The notes beneath the pieces are model-generated. The model was not told the origin of the DNA, ran no database searches, and saw nothing but the letters and a program-made list of their open reading frames with translations. DNA of 57,065 nt from Octopus bimaculoides (lineage: Eukaryota), in contig NC_068982.1 in NCBI RefSeq assembly GCF_001194135.2, forward strand, positions 10,216,466-10,273,530. Reading direction: 5' to 3'. The translations under genes and the position numbers were made by a program. Below are positions 9,656 through 22,959 of this stretch, one piece after another. Numbering within the stretch: the stretch's first letter is position 1; the number at the start of each line of letters is the position of its first letter.

Positions 9656-10464
9656 AGTCGGTTTTATATATTTTCCTTTTATCTAAAATATATCGATGTA
9701 AAATAAAATTTAAAAAAAAAACAACTAAAATATACATTGTGATTTGTTTTTATTAAAATATGTTGTGAAAAACTTCGTTATGCAATTATATGTATTAGAC
9801 ACACACTAATTGTACTCTTCATTTTGATGAAAAAATGACTGGACATTTACGGCTCTTACTAATATGTATAAAAAATTCTTATCTTTGTACCTTCTGTTTT
9901 TCTATCCGAACTCCACCATCTTCTATAAAATCAGATATCGTGCAAAGAAAAAATATCTTAAATGGTTGGCTGACATTTTGTAAATTTTCATTCTTGATAT
10001 TTGATATATTTTCTCTTTTTTTTGTTTGTTTTGCAGTAAAGTACTGTTATGGCGTCATGTAATTAGTGTTCTTTCAAATATTAATATCTGATATAGACAC
10101 AACAACTCAAACTTGCTGTACAAAAAATGCAGATTATATTTATCTCTGCTTTTGTATTATGTTTTATCGACCCAAAACTTCGAAACACGCAGCTGACCTC
10201 GGCAAAGTTTGGCCTAAGAATGTAAATGGCAGCAAGAAAACACTAAGCAAATTCATTGAACAAGCGTTCAATTATATTTTACATAAAAATATTGGTCAGA
10301 TTTTGTAATGAAACACGAAGGAACCTTGATATGATAATTGAGCAACGGTTTAGAACAGTTTTTCTCTGAGCGAATGCATACAAAGCTGTAGCCACGCATA
10401 GAGGGACACAAAGACACACAGACACACAGCCAGACAGACAGATGTGCACAGATATGTATCTCTA

Positions 10465-10561
<97 letters not shown>

Positions 10562-11009
10562 TATTATTTTATGTGTATTAATATTATCTCAGTTATTGAA
10601 ACTTTCGATAATTTGAATACGTTAATAGTTACCATGGGTAGCAAAATTACGCTAAAAAACAAGATATCCCAGCCGTTTTACAGGTTGATATACCGAGTTA
10701 ACGTGATACATTTTGAGAATATATGGGTAATAACAACACATGGAGTAAAACGCATGTCGATGAAAGTTCCTGTAATTCCTACATATATGTTTCGAAGCAA
10801 GTGAGGGCCATTTCGCAAAAAAAGGGGCCATTACCCCCCAAAAAGGGGGTAGCTGGAATTATCACTTGTTTCTCATCAGGGAGAACATGTTTTATTATGA
10901 TGGGACATGCCGAACAGACCTAAACCTTCACCAACCTTTTCGCAAACAGTTTAAACGTTTCATAAATAAATGTGTCGCAAAAGCATTCATTATTCTGGGT
11001 TTACCAGGG

Positions 11010-11300
11010 ATTACATAAACCAAAATCATGACCGAGCGCTGTCTTGTGTAAGACGAATCCAAATTGAACCGGCTCGTATCTATAAGCTGGAAAAGGCCTC
11101 ATGGTGGTCCTCGCACCAGATGGCTGGACGTAATTAAGGAAGATATCTAGAGACTTGATGTCACCTTTGAGCATGCGGAGGGGCTGGAACGGGACAGTCA
11201 ACGATGGTGGTCATTGGTGGACCTGGTTGGCTCAACGCATGATGACGTCTCTGCGACCGCTAACCTGGGGCAAACCCCAGCCACATTGAGCAATAGCAGA
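11010..11300 (+). mobile_element. RTE-clade LINE 3' fragment
   Basis: WKRPHGGPRTRWLDVI matches the RTE C-terminal W.RP.GRP...W.D motif; followed by a (GA)-rich tail. Confidence 0.7.
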
Positions 11301-11313
11301 GCAGAGAGAGAGA

Positions 11314-11426
11314 GAGAGTGAGAGAGAGAAACGGAAAGAGAGTGAGAGAGAGAAACGGAAAGAGAGTGAGAGAGAGAAACGGAAAGAGAGTGAGAGAGAG
11401 AAACGGAAAGAGAGTGAGAGAGAGAG
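11314..11426. repeat. 24-bp minisatellite, ~4.5 copies
   Basis: Unit gagagtgagagagagaaacggaaa repeated perfectly within a (GA)n tract. Confidence 0.9.
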
Positions 11427-12553
11427 CTAAAAAGATTTGCAGCTGATTTTAGACCACTGTAAATAGGGGGGAGTGATATGATCTGAAGAGGATTCTCGGT
11501 TCAAAATTCTGATCCTGTTTAATGCAACACCATTACCACAGTTAAAGATGTATACAAAAGTATCTTGAGAAACGTTTCTCTTACCAAGTCGAATGACGAG
11601 TTGTCGTTCAAAGGGACCATAATTCATAACAACGACCACAAATATACCGCATGTTCACTGAAAATCATTTCGAATATTAAAAAAAAAAGAATGTTCGTCT
11701 AATGTCCTGGCTTGTTGAATCCCCTGACCTCATTTCGATCGAAATATCTGAAATGAAGTCGATGATGACATCAAAGCTTAGAAACCGAATCTGTTCAACG
11801 TGATCAAAGAAGCACGGGAACAAATTCCCATTTCTCGTTGCCAGCGCTTGATTGATTCCATGCATCACAGATGTTACAAAATCATTCAGAGAAAATGATA
11901 GCACACTGAATATTGACCTGTGAATATAATTTCAAAAACCGTTGTGTGCAATAATGTTAATATTTACATTTCTGATTCAAAATATCTGGCGCCTTGAATT
12001 CTACACGCATAATTAAAATGAAAGCGCATTGAAATAAAAGAAAGATAACCTAACGAATAACTAATCTTTTTTTTTTTCTGAAAACGTAATGAAAAATTAA
12101 AGGCTTTAGTTTATCCATTTGCTCCGCAAGGCATGAAATTATACTAATGCTAGCGATTTACTAAACCATTCTGAACATAAAGCGAACACTACTTAATAAT
12201 CTACATGATACACAACCGCTGCAGCTATTTGTCTGACATAGTTTTTCTGGGTTATAGTTGTTGAAACACTGATACTAACCGACTATAACAAGAGATTACC
12301 AACGGAGCAAGGTAAAACCTCGAAATCAGCGCATTTTCGTTTTGACGTTTCAAAGTGTCTTTTGACATAAGCATTAAGCTCGTAGCGAATTAATATTACA
12401 TCTTTTAAATGCTTCTGTCAGAAATCGTTTTTAAATGCACAAATGGAGCTATTTAAATGCTCGGTAAATCACATGGTATTTAGTTGGAGACGATTCTTTT
12501 TGTCGTGGCCACGCAATTCAGCGGCTAATAACGACTTTTACTGACAAATACGG

Positions 12554-12607
<54 letters not shown>

Positions 12608-13187
12608 GTCTGTCTGTCTGTCTGTCTGTCTATTTATAAGTGTGCTATACTTACGAATACACGCGCACACACACACTCTTATATATGCTTCACGAGAATA
12701 AGAAACCTCAATTCAATACCGAAGAGTACAATTATTTATTTACTAACTATCTGTAGATTCAGGAACGGCTGTTTGCATCACAACTACGTCATTCTGTGTT
12801 CAATATCACTGCGCAATATTTCAGGCAAATGTCTTTAAATATATTCTCGTTATGACCGATAATTTGTGAGTGAAATCTGCAGCCTTTTGTTGTGCCTATA
12901 TACAAATAGCACATCGTCACCATTCGCAATTGAGTATAACTTAGTATCAGCGTGCGCCATGCCTTTTGCTTGTGTTTCATAAGTTTCCATGCACATTCGT
13001 AGCAGATACAAACACACTCTGGACAACCGCCCTCTTAATCGTCCAAGGTGTAACAGCTGAAAGAGAGAAAGTTATATCCAAACACTTGCTTCCACTTTAT
13101 TTTATCGATGTCTGAAGAAGGGGGTGGCAGAGATATTCTGAGTTCCCTATCTCTGATCGAGCTATATTATTTGAGTTATCTACCCAT

Positions 13188-13231
13188 AGGCGCAGGCGTG
13201 GCTGTGTGGTAAATAGTTTGCTTACCAACCA
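13188..13231 (+). mobile_element. SINE type C head, truncated
   Basis: ggcgcaggcgtggctgtgtggtaaatagtttgcttaccaaccac matches the heads at 50340-50395 and 45810-45870; broken at the inverted-duplication junction. Confidence 0.75.
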
Positions 13232-13543
13232 CAGGGCTCTGAAACAGGTTACACTCGATTTTTGAGACCCACACATATATACCTACATACCTACATACAT
13301 ACATACATACATACATGCAAAGTTGTAAGTGTGGTGTGGTGTGTGTGTGAGTGTATAATCTGCCCGGAGTAATCTCTCAGTATTTCCCATCGAGGAAGGT
13401 TAACGAGCCAGAAACGCGAGTCTGGGCATCCGCTAGAAGAAAGCATTGAGCAGATAAGATGCTTTTGCACATTTTACTTTAAATGAGGATTTTATATCCA
13501 CATTAGCGGCAATAATTTTCCCTTTTACAATTTAAAATATAAA
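13232..13543 (-). repeat. Copy 2 of the inverted duplication (partner 5408-5711)
   Basis: Reverse complement of 5408-5711 with 8 extra microsatellite bases. Confidence 0.92.
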
Positions 13544-14230
13544 AGCATAAAAGAATATGCCAATGTCTACCGTGCGCACTTAAGTGAAGAAGACAAGCGC
13601 TTGGGAGAAATAGTGAACCGGTTTGGGTTTACACATCCATCATACTCTGCAGTTTCGCATAGCTAGTAGACTGCCGGTTTCTCCTTGCCAAGTGAAGACG
13701 GTAAGTTGATCTTCACTATGGAAACGTATACGGTAACACACATTTGATTTCATTCCACAAGCGAACGTTCGCAGGCGATAAGCGAGAGCACGGATAAGAG
13801 TTTCTCCATTTTACTCCTCACAGTTATAAACCTGAAAGATTTCTGGAAATATCTGTTCAGCATATGTTTAACAAAACCTGGGAATGTCCTTGTTTAAAAC
13901 AAAAGGCATAGGTGGACGTTCAACTAACTGCATTGCTCAACATGTAGAGAGTATGACAATCTGGCGAAACTTTAGATGCGCTGCCTCCATACTTCTACAA
14001 TTTGTATAGAATTGCAGTTCATTGACAGAGCCTCGTTTTCTGATAAACAACAATCATATAACGTCTAAGAATTTTTACAGATGTCGAAGCCTTGCACATA
14101 CCTAGATATCAGCAAGTGGTCTGAGAGAAACCTATCTTAGAATATTTCGCCAAAATAATCTTATAATCTATTTCTTTATGGGATCGGTCACCCTAGTTAC
14201 CGCTTCATATTTACTATCGAGTTCTTTTAA

Positions 14231-14449
14231 CCCTTTAGCATACAGATGATTGTGTCAAATGTAATACTTATCTATTCACATTGTTTTAAATGAACCATGC
14301 GTTATCTCATCATTTGAGAATGTAATGATGTGATTGCTTATTTCTAGAATGTCATGGTAGGGCAGATGTGAGGGGCCAAATCTGACCACTTTAAACATAA
14401 AACAAATACAATATTTGGGATGGACACGGGCAGGTTAAATACTAAAGGG
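14231..14449. mobile_element. piggyBac-like MITE
   Basis: TTAA|CCCTTTAGCAT ... ATACTAAAGGG|TTAC; a homologous copy in opposite orientation lies at 32813-33012. Confidence 0.7.
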
Positions 14450-14910
14450 TTACATGTCCTCTAAATCTAATAGTAAATGCTTGTCGACACTGATATACCG
14501 CGCCAATTATTGAGTCGCATTCTCATTAGTTTGCTTAATCAGTTTAAACTGTGCTGCTGTTACTAACTAATATAATTATAAACCTGTGATAAAGGTTCAT
14601 CAGCATAAATAATTGGAAGAGAGATCAGAAAGATCAACATAGAAATTATTTAACATACCTATAGAAGGAAATATATTATATGCCAGTACAGTTGTTATTC
14701 TTTAGCAAGCCATTCTTTGTTATCCTTTAGCATAGTGATGGTATAACATAATATAGACACATGATTTTTAATTATGACAACAACTTCTTATCAATAAAAT
14801 AGCCATAAAAATTATGTCAAATTTTCATCCCCAAATCCACTTTTAACATGGTTTAATAGAGGTAAAGAAAATGACGTTGGCAGATCGACACTCAAGTAAA
14901 ATACAATGTA

Positions 14911-16085
14911 CAGGGGTTGGACAAAATAACGAAAACACCTAGCATCATCGCATCATAATTTTGAAATATCTATAAAACCGTCAAAAGCTTGTTTATTTTT
15001 ATGTCTTTTGAATTACTATTAGTGTTGCTTAATAGCCTAATATGTTTTGCTAAAATTGCTGTTTCTTTTCAGTCATTATCAGCAAAAGGTAATTAAAATT
15101 CATTAAAATGACAGATCTATCGGACTTTCAAAGAAGTCAAATTGTTAGTGCTCGTATGGTAGTCGCTAGCGTAACGAAAACAGTCGAAATGTTTGGTGTA
15201 TCAAGAAGTACTGTCTTGAAAGTAATGACAGCCTTTGAGAAAGAGGGAAAAAACCTCCTCGTCGAAACAAAACTCCGGAAGANNNNNNNNNNGTACTGTC
15301 TTGAAAGTAATGACAGCCTTTGAGAAAGAGGGAAAAAACCTCCTCGTCGAAACAAAACTCCGGAAGAAAACCAAAACTTTCAGATAGTGACCGTCGGACT
15401 CTTACGCGAACTGTTAGAAAGGATAACAAAAGTACAGCTCCCAGAATTATTGCAGAGTCATCCTTTACCTTATTTCCAAGCACCACCGGCCGAGTATACG
15501 TGTGGAGACAGCCAAAAGAAGCATTTGACCCAGACTGCCTTCTTCCAATTGTTAAACATGGAGGAGGAACTGTGATGATCTGGGAGACTATATCTTGGAA
15601 ATCTGCCGGCCCAATGGCTTCCCTTCATGGCAGAATTAATAGTCAAGATTATTTAAGCATTTTATCTGATCAAATTCATCCTATGGTTGCGAAACTGTTT
15701 CCAGAGGGAAGCACAATCTTTCAGGTTGATAATGTACCAATTCACACCGCTAAAGTTGTTACTAAATGGCACGAGGAGCATTCTAGTGAAGTTGAACATC
15801 TTATCTGACCACCACAGTCCCCAGATCTCAATATTATTGAACATTTATGGTGCATTTTAGAAAAACAAGTAAGGAGTAGATATCCTCTACCATCATCACT
15901 ACAAGAACTGGAGACTGTTCGAGCTGAAGAATGAGCAAAAATTCCTTTGGAAACATTTCAAACTTTGTACGAGTCCATACCTTGTAGAATTCAAGCTGTA
16001 ATTACTGCCAAAAGCGGTCCTACCCCATATTAAAATAAATTTGTTTGAAATTTTAAGGTGTTTCCATTATTTTGTCCAACTCCTG
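14911..16085 (+). mobile_element. Tc1-family DNA transposon, DD36E-type, defective
   Basis: TA flanks; 30-bp TIRs (caggggttggacaaaataacgaaaacacct, 3 mismatches); transposase from ATG 15108 with HGGGTVMIW, FQVD and SPDLNIIE; internal deletion and stop codons. Confidence 0.95.
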
Positions 16086-17365
16086 TATTTCGTGTTTATT
16101 TGAAACAGAATTACTTAGTAAGATTGTGTGCTACATATAATATCGGTTACTGGTTACATGTTTTCATTTAGAAAATAATTGCTGGTGTTGGTGGTAAAAA
16201 AATTGTGATAGAAATTTGAAATGCTACGTTGTACTACAAATGTTATATCCGTTATAGATATCTAACAATATATTTACAAAGTAAATTTGAGTTCTTTTTG
16301 TGTGCTTTCCAACAGTGTACCAAACTACCTTTATTGTTATCTCACGGAAATAAGAAACTATTATTATGTTGAACAAAATCGCATAATAACATATCATAGT
16401 TTTGAACATAGTTGTACTTAATAAACATTTCTATAACGATTTTTAAAATGGAACATCTCCCTTACTGTAAAATATTTTTTCGTATAATTATTCAATTGCT
16501 ATCTTTGGAGATTGGCTAGTAGAAAACACGATAAAAGAAAAAACAATTTAAACAAACGTAAAGAAATCAAATAATTGAAGAAATGTTCACATGCTAAAGA
16601 CTAGTTCCACCAATCAAAGATTGTGATTCTCCGAGGATAATTATTTTCCACCCATTTATAGAAATGATATTTCTATTCTGAGAAAAATTTCAATTTTATT
16701 GTTCAGTCAATCGTTGGAACAAAGGCTCAATTATCCTCTTTGTTTCTGAGTTAATTGCTTCATCAATAGATGCTGTCCAAAATAATAGTTTACATTCTTT
16801 GTGATACGATATCACCTGATTTTGCTTTAAAGCGAGAAGTATTTCTTCTAACCTCTCTCACAATGAATCTGAATGATTTCGGTTAAACAGTTCTCAAATC
16901 GGGTAATATTTTCTTTTATATTCCCAAATGGTTTATTTTTCATTAAAACTTTTTTATGTTTGAAGTTTAATCAATTTTCTGTTCTTTCTAATTTTAACAG
17001 ATTTAGAGGATAAACCAATTTCTTTATGAATAACTACAGCAAAATATTAAATTTCCAATATTCATAAAAACATTCAAAATATTCATTATAGTACCTTTTA
17101 TTTTTCTTTGACGCGTTAAAAAGAAAGTAAATTATAAATATGAAATAATAAATTGGATATTGGAAGAATAATAAATGTGCAAAAGTATAAAAGCAGCAGT
17201 CAATGCGAGCTCAACTACATTTCCCCAAGGGATTTCAACCCTAAATTTATGACTCAAAGATATTAACAATAGAATTACCAAAGATATTTGATATTACTTT
17301 TAGATATTTATGTATGGTTTGATATCATTCTCCCTCAAAGATGTTGATATTATAGACATTGTCTA

Positions 17366-17650
17366 AGGCGGTGAGCTGACAGAAAATTTCGGGCCTTGTG
17401 CTTAGAGCAGAAAAGAATTTTTCTTGTTTATAAGGTGGCGAGCTAGCCGAAACGTTAGCACGCCGGGCGAAATACTTAGCGGTATTTCGTCTGTCCTTAT
17501 GTTCTGAGTTCAAATTCTGTGAAGGTCGACTTTGCCTTTCATCCTTTCATGGTCGATAAATTAAGTGCCAGTTGCGTACTGGGGTCTATCTAATCGACTG
17601 CCCCTTCCCTCACCAAAAATTTTGGGCCTTGTACCTGGAGTAGAAAAGAT
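17366..17650 (+). mobile_element. SINE type B: internally deleted copy plus full copy
   Basis: Head fused directly to tail at 17366-17415, then a complete element ggtggcgagctagccgaaacg...gagtagaaaag. Confidence 0.85.
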
Positions 17651-19190
17651 TACAGACATTGTCTCTATCGATGTGTGTGTTTACAAAATGGAGCATATAT
17701 TGATATTGCGGGCTTCCGTTACATACATTTCTTCTCGTTGAAAATAATATTGTAGCGAAGATTCGAAACCGAATCTCTGGATACGCAGTCAGACATCACG
17801 AACAAACCACCATAGTTTCACGTGATCGGTCGATTAACTGAGCAATCAGCGTGAATTGATATGGACAGGTTTTCTCGACCATTCTAGAATCTGATTTCTT
17901 GCTCCCTATGAAAATTGTTCGGCGAGCATTTTTAAGAGCCACATGGCCCAGAAATGCTGCTTGATAGATGGTGTAGTTAGATGACAGGAACCTCCATTGT
18001 TACGAATATAGCACAAACATTTCCAGTTATGCTGGGCAAGCTGTATATTGCTGCATCCACAGCTTGCCGTAAACACCAAGCGGTATTTCTCTCCCAAGAT
18101 GTAATTATTGCTGTTGTTATATGCAAAAAAGCCGACGCAGCTTGTCTTTTGGTGGGTTAATAAAATCTTCTGTTAAATGTTCGCAGATATCGTTCAGTTA
18201 CTTCTTTATGTAGCTCAAGAAACATATTTTCATTCATTAACTCAATCAGTTACCACAACAGCCAACAACAACTACAACACCCACGGGACAATATCATTTT
18301 TACTTATAACAATACAACATTTTAGACAGTATTTCTTTCGATATTTTGATTTATTAAATGTAATATTATTGAAAGTGGTAGTTTAATGGGAGAATGAACA
18401 TAATAACGTATCGCATTCCAGGGATACTTTTAAGAGAATATATAGAATAAGTTTATAATTAATTTAGCTTTGGTTTTAACGATTGCTGATTCCGAAGGAA
18501 CGATGTTCTGGAAGTTGTAATATTCCTATATCGGAAACATCATTTAGACCGGCTGCATATAATTTATCCCTACTTTAAAATTAAATACAATGACGTTCAC
18601 TTAAATCGTAATTGAATTCAATTAGCCGAGAAGGCAAGAGGAATATTTTTTTTAAAGGAAACGAAATTGAATATGCGTAAAATTCAAATGGAATCCAATT
18701 AGGCTAAAGTTTAGTATCTTTTCACATCATAAAATTGCTGCAAAATCTAGCTGAAACGCTACAGTGTAATCAACAATAGAGATAGCGATTTGCTGTTCTT
18801 TTGGAACTGGGTAACACGCCCTTTAATCTCTTTAACACCTGCAAAGGATTATTTTCAAGATAAAGAAAGTTCTAAAGAAACAAGAAACAACATGGTCTTT
18901 ATAATGCTTGATCAAGCTTGCTGTTTAACCTAAATACATTCCAATCCAAGATACACACTATGAAATACACTCCAAAGGGCAACATTATCTAATGTCTCCC
19001 GTTTGCATGTAAGACAATAGGGTGTGTATTGTGTAAAAGAGATTCGATTGGTATTTCTAACAGGACGGGGACTTCCTCGTATAACAGTGTGGTAGATTCG
19101 TTTGTTTAATGTTGTATCAGCTGCAATTTTACAAACATACATACATACATATATACATACAAACATATATATCTACATACGTACGTACGC

Positions 19191-19225
<35 letters not shown>

Positions 19226-19377
19226 NNNNNNNNNNNNNNNNNNNNNNNNNNNNNNNNNNNNNNNNNNNNNNNNNNNNNNNNNNNNNNNNNNNNNNNNNNN
19301 NNNNNNNNNNNNNNNNNNNNNNNNNNNNNNNNNNNNNNNNNNNNNNNNNNNNNNNNNTGTGTGTGTGTGTGTGTTAG

Positions 19378-19545
19378 AAGGTTTGGAGGTGATGTACAGG
19401 TATTTATATATTAGAAAAAATAATAAGGTACTCAGATACCTGGATGGTTGTAGATTTACAGATCTTTATTAATATGCCACATGTTTTTATAAATTAGCGC
19501 TTGCATCTATTCTTGTAGATTCTCCAGATTTAATTTTTCATCAGA
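19378..19545 (-). mobile_element. Diverged family-E-like HHR repeat
   Basis: 3' end ttttctaatatataaatacctgtacatcac is homologous to the 3' end of the 8020 copy; HHR-like motif at 19490-19532; ends at (AC)n. Confidence 0.6.
19490..19532 (-). ncRNA. Degenerate minimal hammerhead motif
   Basis: UAAAU CUGGAGA AUCUA-CAAGAA-UAGAU GCAA GCGC UA AUUUA; perfect stems I and II; two core substitutions (A6G, A13C). Confidence 0.6.
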
Positions 19546-19666
19546 GGATTTGTCTCTTTTTGTAATATTTACTGAATGTGTAGGGGTGGAGAGACATATA
19601 TAGGATAGTAAAAGAGGGTATAGGAATGGGGGGGGAAAGTGGGAGAGTGAGAGTGTGTGTGTATGT

Positions 19667-19751
<85 letters not shown>

Positions 19752-19875
19752 CGTGCGTGTATCTGAAAGGAGTGTCAATGGGATTACCATTGACAAAGGA
19801 GACAATTTTGTGAGGCACATCATTCAGTTATTATCTGAGCAGAGCTAATTCGTGTAGCTGGAATACTGATACCAT

Positions 19876-20248
19876 GTAGAGACGCAATGGCCCAGTGGTT
19901 AGGGCAGTGAACTCGCGGTCATAGGAACGTGGTTTCGATTCCCAGAATCGTGAGTGTTTATTGAGCGAAAGCACCTAAATCTTCACGAGGCTCCGCTAGG
20001 AGGTAGTGGTGCACCCTGCTTTCTTCTTTCACCACAACTTTCTCTCACTCTTTCTTCCTGTTTCTGTTGCACCTGTATTTCGAACGGCTAGCCTTTTCAT
20101 TCGCTGTGTTGCACTGAATCTCTCCGAGAACTACGTTAAGGGTACACGTGTCTGTGGAGTGCTCAGCCACTTGCACGTTAATTTCATGAGCAGGCTGTTC
20201 CGTTGATCAGATCAACTGGACCCTCGTCGTCGTAACCGACGGAGTGCC
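19876..20248 (+). mobile_element. tRNA-derived SINE, type A2
   Basis: 11-bp target-site duplication actgataccat (19865-19875 and 20249-20259); 3' part shared with type A1. Confidence 0.9.
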
Positions 20249-21377
20249 ACTGATACCATATTTCATTTACAGAAGTTTATATTGAACGCTGCCGTCTCTA
20301 AATTACTGATTCGCTAATAATGGTGATTTTAGAGAGAGAGATTGCGAAAAAGGTGAACTATTGACCACGTGGAGATGGAATACAATAATAGATTTTCAAT
20401 GTCACCTGTATTTACATTTAATTAATCTACTATGTCAAAGATCAATGTAATTATTATTCTTTATTTATAACCACCGATGTTTGTCTGTTCGGAAAGAATT
20501 CGGCAATTTCTCAACGAATCTACGTCAAAATTTGCATGCATATCTAAAGCAAACTCACGGTATCTCACGAAGAAAAGGAATTGAAACAGGAACATTTCCG
20601 GCACCAGTCTGTAGCTTTTGCAAGGCGCATGCTCAGCCAACCACTTACACCTGATGATATAAACTTAAGTGAAATTAAGAGTTCATAGATGTTATATATA
20701 CAAACATTAAACCGATTTCTACGTTTTTATCCATGGTTTCATTAATTATATAATTTGTCTCTCTGATACCAACAAAAATTAATACAAAAAAATTGTCTGG
20801 TCGGGTAACGCTATATTATGGATATCAAAATTATAGCTTACTGTTCCATATCAGAGTTTGTTTCCTCATAACGTTCATAATCATGCATATTTCTTTTGCG
20901 TCATATAACTTTTCGATAGTCTACATTATGATTATATTCCTGAAGTTCAAACAAGCATCATATTAATTTTTTAATATTCACAATGGAGGCTGTTTACAAC
21001 TGTTTAATTAGCTAATGCTTTTTCTCACAATCATTTCACACCATCGCCATTTTTTGATTTACAAAATTTGTCTTTTAACTTTAGAAAGTTGGGATTCTGC
21101 ATTTGTGGTACCGAACGTCAAGTAGCTTGTCGAGTCGTTATATTCTCAGAATTGTCGAATAAAAGATTTGGACTAATGAGTCGAGGCCCTTTTTTTCTCT
21201 CTTCATATCTCAGCCTAGTTACGTGTCTCCACATGTCTGAAAGTAAATGAGGTGTATATGTATATAACTAACCAATTAAAAGGTCTGATAAAAAAAAAAA
21301 CAACTACGTCATTGTAGGATTTGAGATTTACAGACGTGTCTAATGATCACTTACTTTATGGCTAATCTATATACATA

Positions 21378-22263
21378 CGAGGTGGTATCAAGACGTTCCC
21401 GGATTAATTCTGTAGCGCGCCAACAGATGGCAGTATACGGTTGTGTGCGCAGTGAGAGCTAGCAGTGGCCTTTACGAGGCAGTGTGCCGAGTGGCATTGC
21501 TGTGTTCACATCGCAAGTTGTGAAATTCGTGTTTTCGTGATCACGTGTATGCAGTAGTCTGCGATTTTGCCTTGAGCAGGAGGTTGAAACAGAGCCAAAG
21601 TTGAAAGCTTGCGTTAAACTAAGAAAGCCGGCAATAGAGACATTGACCATGCTTCGTCACAATGGAAGAGGCCATCATCTCCACGATTGAAGAAAGCACG
21701 ACAGAACCACAGCTCAATGAAAAGCATGCTCATCGTCTTTTTCGACATCCGTGGAATTGTGCATGGAGAATTCTTTCCCCAGGGCCAGACCATCAATCCA
21801 TAGTTCTGCTGCGACGTTTTGAAGCATTTGAGGGAAGTCATTCGGCAAAAGTGACCGAATTTGTGGAGCGAGAAGAACTGAATTCTTCACGACAAAGACG
21901 CGCCCTGTCACTGAGCTGTCGTCACTCAAGAGTTTCTCGCCAAAAGCAACATGGTATCGCTTCCGCATGTACACTATTCGCCAGGTTTAGCACCTGCGCA
22001 CTTCCATCTCTTCCCCAAGACAAAATGCAGCTCAAAGGTTGCCGTTTTAATATCGTTGTAGAAATCAAGAGCAAATCGCAAAAGGTCCTCTACTCGCTTA
22101 CGAAAAAATGACTTCCAGGCCGGATTCCAAAAGTGGCGCGAAAGCTGGGACCGGTGTAGTGCTGAGCAAGTTGACTATTTCGAAGAGGATGCTAAAACTT
22201 CAGTAAATAAGTTTGGTTTTTTTGTTAAACATAACTATTCCAGGAACCTTTGATACCACCACG
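21378..22263 (+). mobile_element. mariner (DD34D-type) element, internally deleted
   Basis: TIRs cgaggtggtatcaa...ccgga / tccaggaacctttgataccaccacg; transposase relics KSMLIVFFDIRGIVH, ILHDKDAPCH and YSPGLAPAHFHLFP, with stops. Confidence 0.9.
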
Positions 22264-22471
22264 AATAAATGATAAAATACATGGTAATGGTACCATTCAA
22301 AGCAAAAACGAACAGTCGAGCTAAATGAATATATTCCAACCAAGTCATTTTCAAAATAAACATTAATTAGTATGAGTGGTACATAATCTGGAAAGCGTGG
22401 TATTTCTTCAGAACCTAAATAATAATCATCTGGAAATTGATCAAAATGTAAACAATATATAATTTGACATA

Positions 22472-22959
22472 CTGTAAATCCTCGAGTATAGTCCGCCCTT
22501 GAGTATAATACGCAGAGGATTTTTAGGTGTCTGTACCTATGAAAAACCCAAACCTTGTGTATAATACGCACCCCTTCTCTAACTTGAGTCAAGGAGGTCT
22601 ATATAACGTCCTTGGTTTGTAAACGTATATACGGTAACGTCCTTTATTANNNNNNNNNNATAACGTCCTTGGTTTGTAAACGTATATACGGTAACGTCCT
22701 TTATTATTATTATTGTATATATAACATAATGCAAACGTGTAGCTTTTTTGTGCACTTTGTTTGCAGAAACTAAAGAAATAGCAGTAATAACGTCAGTGAA
22801 AATATATATATATTAAGTAAATTGCCTTTACATATTTATCACTTAGAAAATTTTGCTTAGAAAATATTTTTCATTTTTAACCTCGTATATAGTACACACT
22901 AGAAACTTTGACCTTTAAATTTTGGGGGAAAAGTGCGGATTATACTCGAGGATTTACGG
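22472..22959. mobile_element. Tc2/pogo-like non-autonomous element
   Basis: TA|ctgtaaatcctcgagtatagtccgc ... gcggattatactcgaggatttacgg|TA: 25-bp TIRs with 2 mismatches; contains a 10-N gap. Confidence 0.85.

Noticed and set aside
10010-10060. Strong + strand acceptor at ~10035, and possible micro-exons at ~13652-13700 and ~32296-32330
   Set aside because: No recognisable peptide or coherent exon chain; such sites arise by chance in AT-rich DNA
10855-10890. Minus-strand CUGAUGA directly followed by GAAAC
   Set aside because: No stem II and no valid cleavage triplet
13112-13165. CTGAAGA followed by an 8-bp hairpin CAGAGATA/TATCTCTG
   Set aside because: No GAAA box and no stem I; at most a badly decayed motif
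15208-15367. 75-bp direct repeat inside the Tc1 transposase
   Set aside because: The identical copies flank a 10-N gap, typical of an unmerged contig overlap
20645-20690. CTGATGA...GAAA on the + strand
   Set aside because: Stems II and III do not pair
22603-22706. 47-bp direct repeat in the Tc2/pogo-like element
   Set aside because: Same 10-N gap overlap artefact
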